A stretch of DNA of 64,000 nucleotides from Bacillota bacterium (GCA_023623175.1 JAMNXU010000021.1:6912-70911); one strand, 5' to 3'; shown: positions 37,375 through 47,614, counted from the stretch's first letter. Numbers and translations: made by a program. Notes: generated from the letters alone by a model not told the origin.

Positions 37375-39621
37375 ATGAAAGTCCTTCATATTATCGGCGG
37401 TGGCGATGTGGGCGGAGCAAAGGCCCACGTGCTTTCGCTTGTCAGGGAGCTTGGATTTAATATAGAAGTAAAACTGATTTCGCTTCGTCCGGGGCCTTTT
37501 GCCGATGATGCCCGTGCCATGGGCATAGACGTCGAAATCGTGCGTTCCCATAACATTTTTGCCGATATAAGAAAAGTCCTTCAAATAGTTCGCTCGGGCA
37601 AATACGATATAATCCATTCCCACGGCGCAAAAGCCAACATGTTTGCAGCCATTATCAAGCGCAGGGCAAAAGTGGTATCGATAACCACCATTCACAGCGA
37701 CTACCGGCTTGATTACATGCGCAGCATCTGGAAAAGGTTTTCATTCGGCGTTATAAACATGATTGCGCTCCGTTTCCTGGACTTTTTTGAATGTGTTTCT
37801 CACAATTTCAAGGAGATACTCATCCAGCGGAAATTTGACCCCGGGCGGATTTTCGTGATATGCAACGGGGTGGATTTCAGGATCCCGGTAAAAACAATTT
37901 CCCGCAAGGAATTCATTGAAAAATACAACCTGCCTATAAAGGAAGATGACATCATCGTAGGCATTCTCGCGCGCATGGACCCGGTAAAGGGCCTTGGAAC
38001 GCTGATAGACGCGGCTTCCATTGTGGTTGAAAAAAACCCTTCGGTCAAGTTTATAATCGCCGGCGACGGTCCCGAAAGAAATAAACTGCAAAAGAAAGCA
38101 AAAGAGCTGAACCTCACCGACAATGTCATTTTCCCGGGATGGATAACCGAATCGTGGGAGTTTTTGTGCAACTTTGACATAAATGTACTGACCTCCTACA
38201 CCGAGGGCTTCCCCTATGCAATCCTCGAAGGCACACGGTACGCCAAGTGCACTGTCAGCAGCGACGTGGGCGGCATAGCCGACCTCATCGAAAGCGGCTA
38301 CAACGGCTTCCTGTTCAGGGCAGGAGACTACAATACGCTGGCTGAATACATTTTGATGCTGGCTTCCGACGAAAACTTAAGAAAAACCATGGGTGAAAGG
38401 ATCCAGAAAAAAGCAATGGAGTTTTTCTCCCTCGAAAAAATGTGTGAGATCCAGCTTGAAATATACAATACGATACTGAAGGAAAAATCCCGCGAGAAAT
38501 CAAGGTCAAAAAAATGTTATGATATCATTATTTCAGGTTACTACGGATTCAACAATGTCGGCGACGACGCGATGCTCCAGGCGATTATCAACAACCTGAG
38601 AAACTGCCGGCAGGATCTCAAAATACTGGTGCTTTCCAAAAACGTGTCCGAAGCTTCAAAAACATTCAATGTGGATGCGATCAACCGCGTGGATGTTTTC
38701 TCCATATATTGGGCATTGCGAAAGGCCCGGCTGTTCATTTACGGCGGAGGCAACATAATCCAGGACAATACAAGCTCGCGTTCGCTGATGTATTACCTCG
38801 GAACAATTTGGCTCGCCAAGAAACTGGGGCTCAAGGTAATGTTCTATGGCAACGGAATAGGCCCGGTGAAAAGAAGAATAAACCAGTGGCTTACTAAAAA
38901 AATAGTCAACAGGGTCGACGTGATCACGCTGAGGGAAGAAATGTCGCTGCAGGAACTGATAAAGCTTGAAATCAACCGCCCGAAAATTTACATAACATCC
39001 GACTCGGCGCTCACGCTGGACCATGCAGGAAACTGCAATGTCGATGAAATCTTTGAAAGCGAAGGTATTCCACTCAATGGTTCCTATGCCGGTTTTTCAA
39101 TACGCAAACAGGAAGGCTGGGAAAACTATGTGGATGTAATCGCCCGCACCGCTGACTACGTATATGAAACCTATGGCTTAAAGCCGGTTTTCATCCCGAT
39201 GCAGAATCCTGAAGACAGCAATATAATGCAGCTCATTGTTTCAAGGATGAAACACCGCGGATATCTTCTCAAAAAATGCTACAATGTGGCTGAAACCTTT
39301 GCCATTATCAATAAAATGAAAATTTTAATAGGCATGAGGCTTCATTCCCTTATATTTGCCGCAACGCTCGGTGTTCCCATCATCGGCCTCGTTTATCAGC
39401 CCAAGGTGGAAGCTTTCCTGCACTGTGTCAGGCAGGAAAAGGCGTCGGCCGGATATGCGGCCAATCTTGATTTCGAAAACCTGAAAGCCCTGGTTGACCG
39501 TACCTGGAAACACAGGGACGAGCTTAGCCGCGAACTCAGGGAAGCTGCGGCGGATCTGAAAATCAAGGCGCTGAAAAACGCAGAAATAGCGGTGGAACTG
39601 CTGGACACCGCGTATGAATAA
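37375..39621 (+). CDS. csaB: fusion protein: GT4 glycosyltransferase (N-terminal ~380 aa) plus CsaB-type polysaccharide pyruvyl transferase (C-terminal ~365 aa)
   Basis: N-terminal half: MKVLHIIGGGDVGGA and the EGFPYAILEG E-x7-E motif. C-terminal half: YDIIISGYYGFNNVGDDAML, GGGNIIQD and GMRLHSLIFA, as in CsaB. The ATG at 37375 lies 6 nt after AGGAG. Confidence 0.8.
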   Translation: MKVLHIIGGGDVGGAKAHVLSLVRELGFNIEVKLISLRPGPFADDARAMGIDVEIVRSHNIFADIRKVLQIVRSGKYDIIHSHGAKANMFAAIIKRRAKVVSITTIHSDYRLDYMRSIWKRFSFGVINMIALRFLDFFECVSHNFKEILIQRKFDPGRIFVICNGVDFRIPVKTISRKEFIEKYNLPIKEDDIIVGILARMDPVKGLGTLIDAASIVVEKNPSVKFIIAGDGPERNKLQKKAKELNLTDNVIFPGWITESWEFLCNFDINVLTSYTEGFPYAILEGTRYAKCTVSSDVGGIADLIESGYNGFLFRAGDYNTLAEYILMLASDENLRKTMGERIQKKAMEFFSLEKMCEIQLEIYNTILKEKSREKSRSKKCYDIIISGYYGFNNVGDDAMLQAIINNLRNCRQDLKILVLSKNVSEASKTFNVDAINRVDVFSIYWALRKARLFIYGGGNIIQDNTSSRSLMYYLGTIWLAKKLGLKVMFYGNGIGPVKRRINQWLTKKIVNRVDVITLREEMSLQELIKLEINRPKIYITSDSALTLDHAGNCNVDEIFESEGIPLNGSYAGFSIRKQEGWENYVDVIARTADYVYETYGLKPVFIPMQNPEDSNIMQLIVSRMKHRGYLLKKCYNVAETFAIINKMKILIGMRLHSLIFAATLGVPIIGLVYQPKVEAFLHCVRQEKASAGYAANLDFENLKALVDRTWKHRDELSRELREAAADLKIKALKNAEIAVELLDTAYE

Positions 39622-39648
39622 TACAGACAGGAGCTGAACAGGGTAGCC

Positions 39649-40386
39649 ATGTCAGAAAAAATAGAAATAACCGGTCTGCCGATTGACAACATCACGATGG
39701 AGCAGGCCGTAATGAAAGTGCGTGAATTTCTTGAAAGCGGAAAAGTCAACACCATATATACCCCGAACTCTGAAATAATGATGGCCGCATACCGCGACAA
39801 AAACCTCAGAAAAGTGCTGAGCGAAGCTGACATGCTGATAGCAGACGGAGCCGGCGTGGTCCTGGCGTCCAGGATCCTTGGCAGAAAGCTTCCCGAAAAG
39901 GTCTCGGGTATCGACCTTGCAAGGAGGATGTTTGCGCTCGAACGCGAAGGCGGCACAAAATTTTATTTCCTCGGCGGCAAACCCGGTGTTGCGGAAGAAG
40001 CGGCCGAAAAAATAAAACAGCAGTATCCGGGCGTCCATATTGTCGGAACGCGGCATGGATATTTCAAGCCTGAAGAAGAACCGGCCATTGTGGATGAAAT
40101 AAACTCTTCCGGCGCCGAAGTGCTCCTGGTAGCTCTCGGCGCTCCCAAGCAGGAATACTGGATTGATAAATACAAGCATGCCCTCAGGGTGAAAATATGC
40201 ATGGGCGTGGGCGGAAGTCTCGATATTTTCTCCGGAAGATCGAAGCTCGCTCCCGAATTCATGAGAAAGCACGGCCTTGAATGGCTCTATCGCCTTTGCC
40301 GCGAGCCGCGCCGATACAAAAGGATGCTTGACCTGCCGAGGTACATGATGCTCGTGCTGGCAATACGGTTGGGGATCAAAAGATAG
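39649..40386 (+). CDS. tagA: WecB/TagA/CpsF family (GT26) glycosyltransferase
   Basis: 245 aa. ADGAGVV, FLGGKPGVAE and the GAPKQE motif. Confidence 0.85.
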   Translation: MSEKIEITGLPIDNITMEQAVMKVREFLESGKVNTIYTPNSEIMMAAYRDKNLRKVLSEADMLIADGAGVVLASRILGRKLPEKVSGIDLARRMFALEREGGTKFYFLGGKPGVAEEAAEKIKQQYPGVHIVGTRHGYFKPEEEPAIVDEINSSGAEVLLVALGAPKQEYWIDKYKHALRVKICMGVGGSLDIFSGRSKLAPEFMRKHGLEWLYRLCREPRRYKRMLDLPRYMMLVLAIRLGIKR

Positions 40387-40405
40387 CTGGTTCCTTAGAA
40401 ACTTA

Positions 40406-40625
40406 AAAAGTGGTTTTCCTGCAAAAACGAAATTTGCTTTAAAGATGAGTTGCCAAAATCAGCCGTCGAGCCGCAGCGTCGAAAACGATTCGGAGGCCGG
40501 ATGCCTCCGAAAGGACCACTCCTGGCGCAGGAGGCGCGCATGTGGTCCGTTCGTTTGAGATGCGAGGCGAGACGATGCTGATTTCAACGACATCTTTACA
40601 AATTGAGTTTTTGCAGGAAACCACT
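40406..40625 (+). repeat. ~220-bp TIR-bounded hairpin element, copy B
   Basis: AAAAGTGGTTTTCCTGCAAAAA ... TTTTTGCAGGAAACCACT. The arms pair block by block, and the centre has the CGGAGGC-CGGAT-GCCTCCG hairpin. Confidence 0.8.
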
Positions 40626-40714
40626 CTAAATTTGTAAAGCCGCCAAATATAAAGCCGCTCAAATATTTAACGGGCTTTTGCCCTGGTGCAAAAACCCGTT
40701 TTGTAATTCAAATC

Positions 40715-41224
40715 TTATTTGATTGTATAGGGTCCCTTGACCAGCAGGAATACTTTATCGCTTACGGCTTTGAGTCCCCTGCCGTCGTCACGCGCCACGA
40801 GGATCAGGTGGTTGGGCGGTATGACCTGGCCCGTCACGAGATTGCCCTTCGTGATGTCATCGGTAGTCAGGTCTGAAAGCCCGTCGCCGTTGATCCCGGA
40901 AATAGCGGTAGCCGTGCCCGACCTTACTATTATTTCAGTACTTGCTCCCGCAATAAGCTGCTGGCCGGAGCTTAGCTCCACTACCTGGAACAGCGCGTTT
41001 CCCCCGTTGCCTCCCTGCTGTATGGCCTGGATCTGGCGCAGGAGCTCATCTATTCTCGCATCAACATAATCCTTGGAAACAAGCGGATTTGCTTCGGTTC
41101 CCGGTTCCGCTCCCGAGCCCGTTACGCCCTGGACGATATTCACGAGGAAAATTGTGAGTACTGCCGTTATTAATATCGTTATGTACAATCTCCCGTTGCT
41201 TCTTAAGTGATTCTTCACCCTCAT
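40715..41224 (-). CDS. N-terminally membrane-anchored protein of unknown function
   Basis: 169 aa. One TM helix (LYITILITAVLTIFLV), a short coiled segment and a C-terminal beta-rich domain. I recognise no family. Confidence 0.55.
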   Translation of the reverse strand: MRVKNHLRSNGRLYITILITAVLTIFLVNIVQGVTGSGAEPGTEANPLVSKDYVDARIDELLRQIQAIQQGGNGGNALFQVVELSSGQQLIAGASTEIIVRSGTATAISGINGDGLSDLTTDDITKGNLVTGQVIPPNHLILVARDDGRGLKAVSDKVFLLVKGPYTIK

Positions 41225-41251
41225 CCTTCGTACCCCCCGACAGGTTATTTA

Positions 41252-41602
41252 TCAAATATCGGTCAACCCGAAACTTATCTCCAGCGCCTCGTTCACCTTT
41301 TTCATCAGCTTGTCGTCAAGTCGCCCGATCCTTTCCCTCAGGCGCTTCCTGTCAATTGTCCGGATCTGTTCAAGCAAAATAACCGAGTCTTTCTCCAACC
41401 CATATTCCTTCGCGCTTATCTCGATATGGGTAGGCAATTTCGCCTTGTTGATCTGCGATGTTATCGCAGCAACAATGACGGTAGGACTGTATTTGTTTCC
41501 TATATCATTCTGGATTATAAGTACAGGTCTTATGCCGCCTTGTTCCGAGCCCACAACCGGGCTCAGATCGGCATAGAAAATATCTCCCCTTTTAATTACC
41601 AC
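41252..41602 (-). CDS. mazF: MazF/PemK/EndoA type II toxin endoribonuclease
   Basis: 116 aa. [31 protein letters not shown] closely resembles B. subtilis NdoA. Confidence 0.9.
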   Translation of the reverse strand: MVIKRGDIFYADLSPVVGSEQGGIRPVLIIQNDIGNKYSPTVIVAAITSQINKAKLPTHIEISAKEYGLEKDSVILLEQIRTIDRKRLRERIGRLDDKLMKKVNEALEISFGLTDI

Positions 41603-41880
41603 TATCCTTCCATCTCCCCAAGCAGTTCTTCGTATTGACTGCTTTGCTCATTGTCAGCCGCCAGACACATTTCAGCAAACTTTACGTTGATTTCAGCCAT
41701 TTCTTCGTAACCTTTTTTCATACCTTCCCTCGTCCCTATCTTTTGTCTCTGAAGTATATACAACCTCATGGCTTCCCGGATAAGCTTGCTCCTGTTGGTC
41801 TTTTCCACAGAAGCGATATTATCAACCTCTTTAAGAAGATTGTCCGGAAGGCTTATTATTATTCTTTTCAGCTCTGCCAA
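41602..41880 (-). CDS. mazE: MazE/EndoAI antitoxin (ribbon-helix-helix)
   Basis: TTG start after a GGGGGGG RBS gives ~92 aa. [16 protein letters not shown] is RHH-like. The stop overlaps the mazF start. The ORF-track start at 41943 is a less likely alternative. Confidence 0.75.
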   Translation of the reverse strand: MAELKRIIISLPDNLLKEVDNIASVEKTNRSKLIREAMRLYILQRQKIGTREGMKKGYEEMAEINVKFAEMCLAADNEQSSQYEELLGEMEG

Positions 41881-42210
41881 AATAACCCCCCCAATTTTAT
41901 CCGGGCTAATTATGTATACCCTGGAAGCTAATCGTCGGAACACGCATAAAAACAGTCTTATAGTATATATATCATTATATCCCTGATATATGCATGGGTC
42001 AAATTAAAAAATAATAAAATAAACACGGTTGAAACCTTGAAACGATATTATTCGGCTTATTTCAGCTATTGGTACCGAACGGGACCCATACGTGACATGA
42101 CAAATATTTTCTATTAGGTAAATATTTTGCAATTGATCGTCGGAAACAGAATGCCTCAGTTTATGCCAATACCACAGTAAAGATGTTCAAATCCACCGAT
42201 AATCCATTAT

Positions 42211-43380
42211 TCAAATAAGATAATTCAAAACATTGGTGATTTGCCCGTTGTGGAGATAAACGCGCGGAATTCTCTTTCCTATGATGCATGCCGTTTCATA
42301 GTTTATTGTTCCCATGCCTGCGGCAACCTCTTCTATCGGAAGTTCCCTGTCACCCTGTTTTCCGAACAGCACAACCTCGTCTCCCACTTTTACCTCGCAG
42401 TCAAGATCGGTTACATCGACCATGCACTGGTCCATGCATATTCTGCCTACGACGGGCGCAAATTGGCCATGGATCAACACCCTTGCCCTGTTGCTCAAGG
42501 TCCTCGAATAACCGTCGGCGTATCCTATCGGTATGGTGGCGATCCTGCTCTCGCGTTTCGTCGTGAAAATTCTGCCGTAGCTTATGCTCGTGTTCTTCTC
42601 AACGGTCTTCACAAGTATGACATTCGCTTTCAGCGTCATAGCGGGTTTCAGATCAATTTTTGATTTGTCCACATGTTCCGACGGATACATACCGTACAAT
42701 ATTATGCCGGGTCTCACCATGTCGAGGTGCATCTCGGGAAACTGCAGCAGTGCCGCACTGTTGGCCACATGTTTTATAGGTATGTAAACCCCTATGCGGC
42801 TTAGCTCGCTGCATATACTCATGAACCTTTCAAACTGCATGTATGTGTAGCTTTTGTCCTCTTCGTCGGCTGAAGCGAAATGAGTAAAAAGGCCTTCTAT
42901 AATGATGCCCGGAAGCCTGCTTATCGCCACAACGTTTTTTACCGCGCTGTAACCGGGCATGAATCCGACTCTTGACATTCCCGTGTCTATCTTGATATGG
43001 ATTTTCACTTTCTTCTTCAGCCTTACCGCCGCCTCTGAAAGAGCTTCGGCAAGGTCATGGCTGAATACAGTTTGCGTAACGTTGTGCTGAATGATTTCTT
43101 CAGCCCTGCGTGGATCGGTGTAGCTAAGTATCAGGATTGGAACGTCAATGCCGAACTGCCTTAGCTGTATTGCCTCGTCAAGCATCGAGACGGCCAGGCT
43201 TGTAACCCCGTTGTCAAGCAGAGTGCGGACCACTTCAAAAACTCCGTGGCCGTATGCGTCCGCCTTTACTACGCCCATTATTTCAGCCTTTTCATTTGTA
43301 ATGCGCCTGATTTCCCTCACATTGTGGGCAATGTTGTCGAGATTTATCTCAGCCCATGCCCTGTTAAGCATGTATTTCAT
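42211..43380 (-). CDS. alr: alanine racemase
   Basis: PLP motif VVKADAYGHG and C-terminal YGRICMDQ-like VGRICMDQCMVD. The start is either the ATG at 43380 or an alternative codon at 43404. Confidence 0.9.
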   Translation of the reverse strand: MKYMLNRAWAEINLDNIAHNVREIRRITNEKAEIMGVVKADAYGHGVFEVVRTLLDNGVTSLAVSMLDEAIQLRQFGIDVPILILSYTDPRRAEEIIQHNVTQTVFSHDLAEALSEAAVRLKKKVKIHIKIDTGMSRVGFMPGYSAVKNVVAISRLPGIIIEGLFTHFASADEEDKSYTYMQFERFMSICSELSRIGVYIPIKHVANSAALLQFPEMHLDMVRPGIILYGMYPSEHVDKSKIDLKPAMTLKANVILVKTVEKNTSISYGRIFTTKRESRIATIPIGYADGYSRTLSNRARVLIHGQFAPVVGRICMDQCMVDVTDLDCEVKVGDEVVLFGKQGDRELPIEEVAAGMGTINYETACIIGKRIPRVYLHNGQITNVLNYLI

Positions 43381-43559
43381 TTCTGAGCCAGTTCCCCCAA
43401 ACAATTAAAATATCGGCGGTTCTCCATTAAATTCCGTTGGCTGCAGTAAATTCGAATTCCTTTAGCCTGCCGGACTCTGCAGGAAAAATCCCGCCGGCAG
43501 AATTCCCGCCAATCTATTATAATCATTTCAATTTCATATCTATGCCATATTTATCCGTG

Positions 43560-45167
43560 TCATATCCTTGCAAATGCGTCACCGGCCGTGCCGCCGAGAA
43601 GGCTCCTGATCGCGCAGGGCACTGTCGCTGCCACATCCCGCGCAATTACGCCGTGCTCGCCTTTTTCGCGTGCGGCTATATCCCCCGCCAGACCGTGGAC
43701 ATATACGCCGGCACGCGCCGCGTCCACGGTTTCGAGTCCCTGGGCAAGAAGTCCCGCAATTATTCCCGCCAGGACATCGCCGGTACCCGCCGTTGCAAGG
43801 CCCGAATTTCCCGTTGGATTTATAAACACGCGTCCGTCCGGCGCCGCCGTTATTGTCCTCGCGCCCTTTAGCACGACGGTGACATTCCATTTCGCGGCAA
43901 AATCTGCTGCCGTGTTTATCCTGTCACCCTGGATTTCATCGATGGTTTTCCCCGTCAGTCTGGCCATTTCGCCGGGATGGGGCGTTATTACCGCCGGAGC
44001 CTTCAGTTTTTTCAGCATGTTTATGTCCCTGGAAATGGAGTTGAGACCGTCAGCGTCGATTACAACCGGTACGCTGGCTGTGCCTATGATCTCTTCCACC
44101 ACCCGGAGCGTGTCATTGCAGACCGTCAGACCGGGTCCGACAGCCACCGCGTCGACCGAATCAATTCTTTTCTTTATTTCTTCAATACATTCAGCTGACA
44201 ATACACCCTTGCCACCGTCCTCCATGGGTATCACAACCGCTTCAGCAACAAGCGTGGAAAACACCGGTACAAGGGATGCAGGCCCTGCAAGGTATACAAG
44301 CCCTGCACCGCTCCTTAGGCACGCGGTTGCCGCAAGGCTTGCAGCCCCGGTCATTCCTTTCGAGCCTGCCACAATCAATACTTTCCCATAGCTTCCCTTG
44401 TTGCTGTCGGTTTTCCTTCCGGGCAAAAGCGCTCTTATTTCGCCGGCTTCGCTGAGACAGCGCGATATCGCCACTTCGTTCACGGCAGCTTCAGGAAGCC
44501 CTATGTCGGCAACCAGCAGCCTTCCGGCGTATTCGCAGCCGGGATGTACCAGGAGTCCTGTTTTCGGCAGGCCGAAGGTCACCGTTGTGTCAGCCTTTAT
44601 ACAGGCCGAGGACGCCCTCCCGGTCTCACCGTCGACTCCCGATGGGATATCTATTGACAAAACCCTCGCGGCGCTGTCATTTACCGCGCGTATAACCGAC
44701 GCGGAAATTCCCGCAACTTCCCCGCGAAAGCCCGTGCCGAACAAACCGTCAATGACAAGGTTGCATTTTGCAAGCTCATGCCTGAGCTGCTGCAAATCTG
44801 CTTCATCAGCTACAACTTCAACAGGGATGCCGAGCTTCTGCAGGATCGTGTAATTAATCCGCGCATCGCCGCCGATATCGTCGGGATTGCATGACAAGAA
44901 AACCATGACCTGGGCCTTCCTCTGAAAAAGGTGCCTTGCTGCGGCAAAGGCATCGCCGCCGTTGTTGCCTTTCCCGGCAATTACCAGCACAGATTTGCCC
45001 GCGACGTCCCCGAGCATCCGGCATGCTTCGTCTGCAACTTTCAGCGCGGCGTTTTCCATCAATACTATCCCGGGTATCCCGAACTTCTCGATGGATATCC
45101 TGTCTATGGCATTCATTTCGCGCGGCGCGGCAGCTTTCATTTCCGATACCTCCGTTAACACGGGCAT
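43560..45167 (-). CDS. nnr: bifunctional NAD(P)H-hydrate repair enzyme (epimerase plus ADP-dependent dehydratase, YjeF)
   Basis: 535 aa. N-terminal YjeF_N motifs (GKGNNGGDA and DGLFGTGF). C-terminal carbohydrate-kinase-like domain (GSYGKVLIVAGS and GDVLAG). Confidence 0.9.
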   Translation of the reverse strand: MPVLTEVSEMKAAAPREMNAIDRISIEKFGIPGIVLMENAALKVADEACRMLGDVAGKSVLVIAGKGNNGGDAFAAARHLFQRKAQVMVFLSCNPDDIGGDARINYTILQKLGIPVEVVADEADLQQLRHELAKCNLVIDGLFGTGFRGEVAGISASVIRAVNDSAARVLSIDIPSGVDGETGRASSACIKADTTVTFGLPKTGLLVHPGCEYAGRLLVADIGLPEAAVNEVAISRCLSEAGEIRALLPGRKTDSNKGSYGKVLIVAGSKGMTGAASLAATACLRSGAGLVYLAGPASLVPVFSTLVAEAVVIPMEDGGKGVLSAECIEEIKKRIDSVDAVAVGPGLTVCNDTLRVVEEIIGTASVPVVIDADGLNSISRDINMLKKLKAPAVITPHPGEMARLTGKTIDEIQGDRINTAADFAAKWNVTVVLKGARTITAAPDGRVFINPTGNSGLATAGTGDVLAGIIAGLLAQGLETVDAARAGVYVHGLAGDIAAREKGEHGVIARDVAATVPCAIRSLLGGTAGDAFARI

Positions 45168-45181
45168 TTCACAATAATAAC

Positions 45182-45808
45182 TTATTCTTTAAAAAATATC
45201 CTGTCAAGCTTCTCGAGTTCCTCGCCCCCGAGCAAATCGTGGAAATATGAGTACACTTCCGTATTGTCTTCATCAAGTAGCTCTTTTTCTTCTATAAGTT
45301 GCTTGAGTTTCATCCGCGTCTCTTCTATCTGTCTTTCGAGCTCCTCTTTCCTTTTGCGGTTTTTGAGAAGATCATAATATACTGCATTAATCGTATGCCT
45401 CAGCAGCCTGAGATTTGCCTGCCTGATCTTTTCCGGCAGTTCCTCCAGCTCTGTTTCTATATCCCTGGTCCTTTCATTTATGCGTTTTATTTCCTTTTCG
45501 CACCGGTGCATTTCCTCGCGGGCGTTTTCATTGTTTTTCTCAAAAACTTCTTCCGTCAGTGCAATTATCTTCTCCATGCAGTTTTTCTTTAACGCCGCCA
45601 GCTCCGCCGATTCATTTGTAAGCCGGGATTGTTGTTTAAGAAGCTCCTTCAGCTCCGTTTCACAGCGGACTATGCTGTCGTTTTTCTGCTTGTTGGCAAA
45701 CAGGTTGTTCCACCTTTCATCGAGTATGAGCATAGATATGTCATTCTTGAGTAAAACCGTCCTGTCCAGCGCAAACTTCCATCTTCTCTTCTTAAACATT
45801 TGAAACAC
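45182..45808 (-). CDS. coiled-coil protein of unknown function
   Basis: GTG start after GGAGG. About 208 aa, rich in heptad-like E/K/L repeats. I recognise no family. Confidence 0.5.
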   Translation of the reverse strand: MFQMFKKRRWKFALDRTVLLKNDISMLILDERWNNLFANKQKNDSIVRCETELKELLKQQSRLTNESAELAALKKNCMEKIIALTEEVFEKNNENAREEMHRCEKEIKRINERTRDIETELEELPEKIRQANLRLLRHTINAVYYDLLKNRKRKEELERQIEETRMKLKQLIEEKELLDEDNTEVYSYFHDLLGGEELEKLDRIFFKE

Positions 45809-46039
45809 GGCTAATCCTCCCGTTCGGATAATTCTTGTCAGCAGACCTTTTCCCGACATCGTCCTCAAATCCTGACGTTGCGCTTATCCCACATCTTATT
45901 TATCGGCTTTTATTGAATAATGGGACACGGTGTATTAAAATAAGCTGTAGTGCTAATAAACAGCCACAGGTGACAATTTTTTGAGCCGGCTTGGATATAT
46001 GTTTAATTAATTTTTTATTACTTTTACACGGAGATTGTA

Positions 46040-47590
46040 ATGGAAACCGGAAGAATCAAAAAAACCATGGCGCTTGACACGCTGCTGTATGTGCCGGGTA
46101 AAATACTCGAGGGACTGGTGAGTTTCCTTACGCTGTCCCTCTACTCGCACTATTTTGTTACATCGGATTACGGAAAATACAATATTGCGACGGTCAGCGC
46201 CAATGTTGCATTTTTGCTGACGCTTAACTGGATAAGCCAGTCTGTTTTCCGGTACATAAACAAGTACAGGGGTAAAAAAAGGCTTACCTTGATGTACTCC
46301 ACCGTTTTCCGCGCCTGGGCGGTCATCAGCGGGGCCATGCTGCTTGTTTCCGCGGTGGCCATAGCTGTATACGGCGCCGCTTCGCGGCCCGGAACTGAAT
46401 TGATACTTTTTCTTGCGGCTGCAGCTCTCGCTTCCGTGACCTATGGAACAACCCAGATACTGTTCAGCCTGCTTTCCGCCATAAGAAGCCTGAAGCTTTT
46501 TCTAGCAATGTCGCTTTTTTCCGTTACTTTCAAGCTTCTGACAACCACGGTTCTTGTCATGAAATTCAATCTCGGCATCCTGAGCGCCCTGATCAGTATC
46601 GTCCTGATAGACTGCATTGTCACTGCAATTATTGTCCTGAGACTGAAAATATATAAATTCATCATCCCGGGCAGGTATTCGCGGGTTGTGCTGCTCAAAT
46701 TCCGCAGTTACGGTATTCCGCTGATTGCCAACGGCATATCGATGAGCCTGCTTAATGTTTCGGACAGGTATGCTCTCGGGTTGCTGAAAGGAACATCCCA
46801 GGTAGGAATATATTCGGCCAATTACGGCATTGCGTCGGCCGTGTTCAGCATGCTGAACTTTGCGCTGATGAGGGCCTCCTACCCTTCAATAATCAGGGCG
46901 TGGAGGCAGGATGAGCGCAAAGAGGCTTCCGAGCTTCTGAGCCATGCGGTGCGCAACTACCTTTTGCTGGCGCTGCCTGCCGCCGCGGGCCTCAGTATGC
47001 TTTCGGGACAGATCGCGCGTCTTTTTCTCGAGGAAAAATACCATGCCGGAAGTTTCGTAATCATCTGGGTCAGCGTCGGCATGGTGCTGCTGGGTCTGAC
47101 CGAATACAGCAACAAGGCATGGGAACTGACTTCCAGAACCGCAATGATTTCGAAAAACAGCGTTGTCTGTGGCGTATACAACATAGTCTCGAACCTCGTA
47201 TTCATTCCTTTTTACGGTTACACGGCCGCCGCCGTCAATACGACGCTTTCCTACCTCGTATATTTTTGCCTGTCCTTTTTCAAGGGAAAAAAAATACTGT
47301 CGTGGAGACTGGGCGCCAAAACGGTTTTACGACTGCTGGCCGCCAACGGCGCCATGGCGCTGCTTATCGCAGCGGTCCTTGTATTTTCCAACCCCGGAAA
47401 ACTTGAACTTGTAGCCCTTGTGCTGGCCGGCGCCGTTGTATACTCCGTCGCGCTCTATATAACGGGAGAGATCAGGCCGGAAGTGCGCATGCTCGCAGCT
47501 GCCGCAAAGGGTTTCCTGTCCGGTACACGGGGACGGTTCTCCGGGACACGGGGACGGTTCTCCTGTCCCATTTTTAAGAAAAAAAGGTGA
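46040..47590 (+). CDS. MOP-superfamily oligosaccharide flippase (Wzx-like polysaccharide biosynthesis protein)
   Basis: 516 aa with about 14 hydrophobic segments. The last ~22 codons (GTRGRFSGTRGRFSCPIFKKKR) are encoded by the GGGACACGGGGA repeat. Confidence 0.8.
   Translation: METGRIKKTMALDTLLYVPGKILEGLVSFLTLSLYSHYFVTSDYGKYNIATVSANVAFLLTLNWISQSVFRYINKYRGKKRLTLMYSTVFRAWAVISGAMLLVSAVAIAVYGAASRPGTELILFLAAAALASVTYGTTQILFSLLSAIRSLKLFLAMSLFSVTFKLLTTTVLVMKFNLGILSALISIVLIDCIVTAIIVLRLKIYKFIIPGRYSRVVLLKFRSYGIPLIANGISMSLLNVSDRYALGLLKGTSQVGIYSANYGIASAVFSMLNFALMRASYPSIIRAWRQDERKEASELLSHAVRNYLLLALPAAAGLSMLSGQIARLFLEEKYHAGSFVIIWVSVGMVLLGLTEYSNKAWELTSRTAMISKNSVVCGVYNIVSNLVFIPFYGYTAAAVNTTLSYLVYFCLSFFKGKKILSWRLGAKTVLRLLAANGAMALLIAAVLVFSNPGKLELVALVLAGAVVYSVALYITGEIRPEVRMLAAAAKGFLSGTRGRFSGTRGRFSCPIFKKKR
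47515..47569. repeat. GGGACACGGGGA-family repeat, two tandem units, inside the 3' end of the flippase ORF
   Basis: CCTGTCCGGTACACGGGGACGGTTCTCCGGGACACGGGGACGGTTCTCCTGTCCC. Confidence 0.85.
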
Positions 47591-47614
47591 GATGCAGGAA
47601 AAAATAAATGTAAT

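Noticed and set aside
40439-40662. Two small minus-strand ORFs (61 and 67 aa) inside repeat copy B.
   Set aside because: They are not conserved in copies A or C, and there is no RBS. The sequence behaves as a paired hairpin element rather than a coding region.
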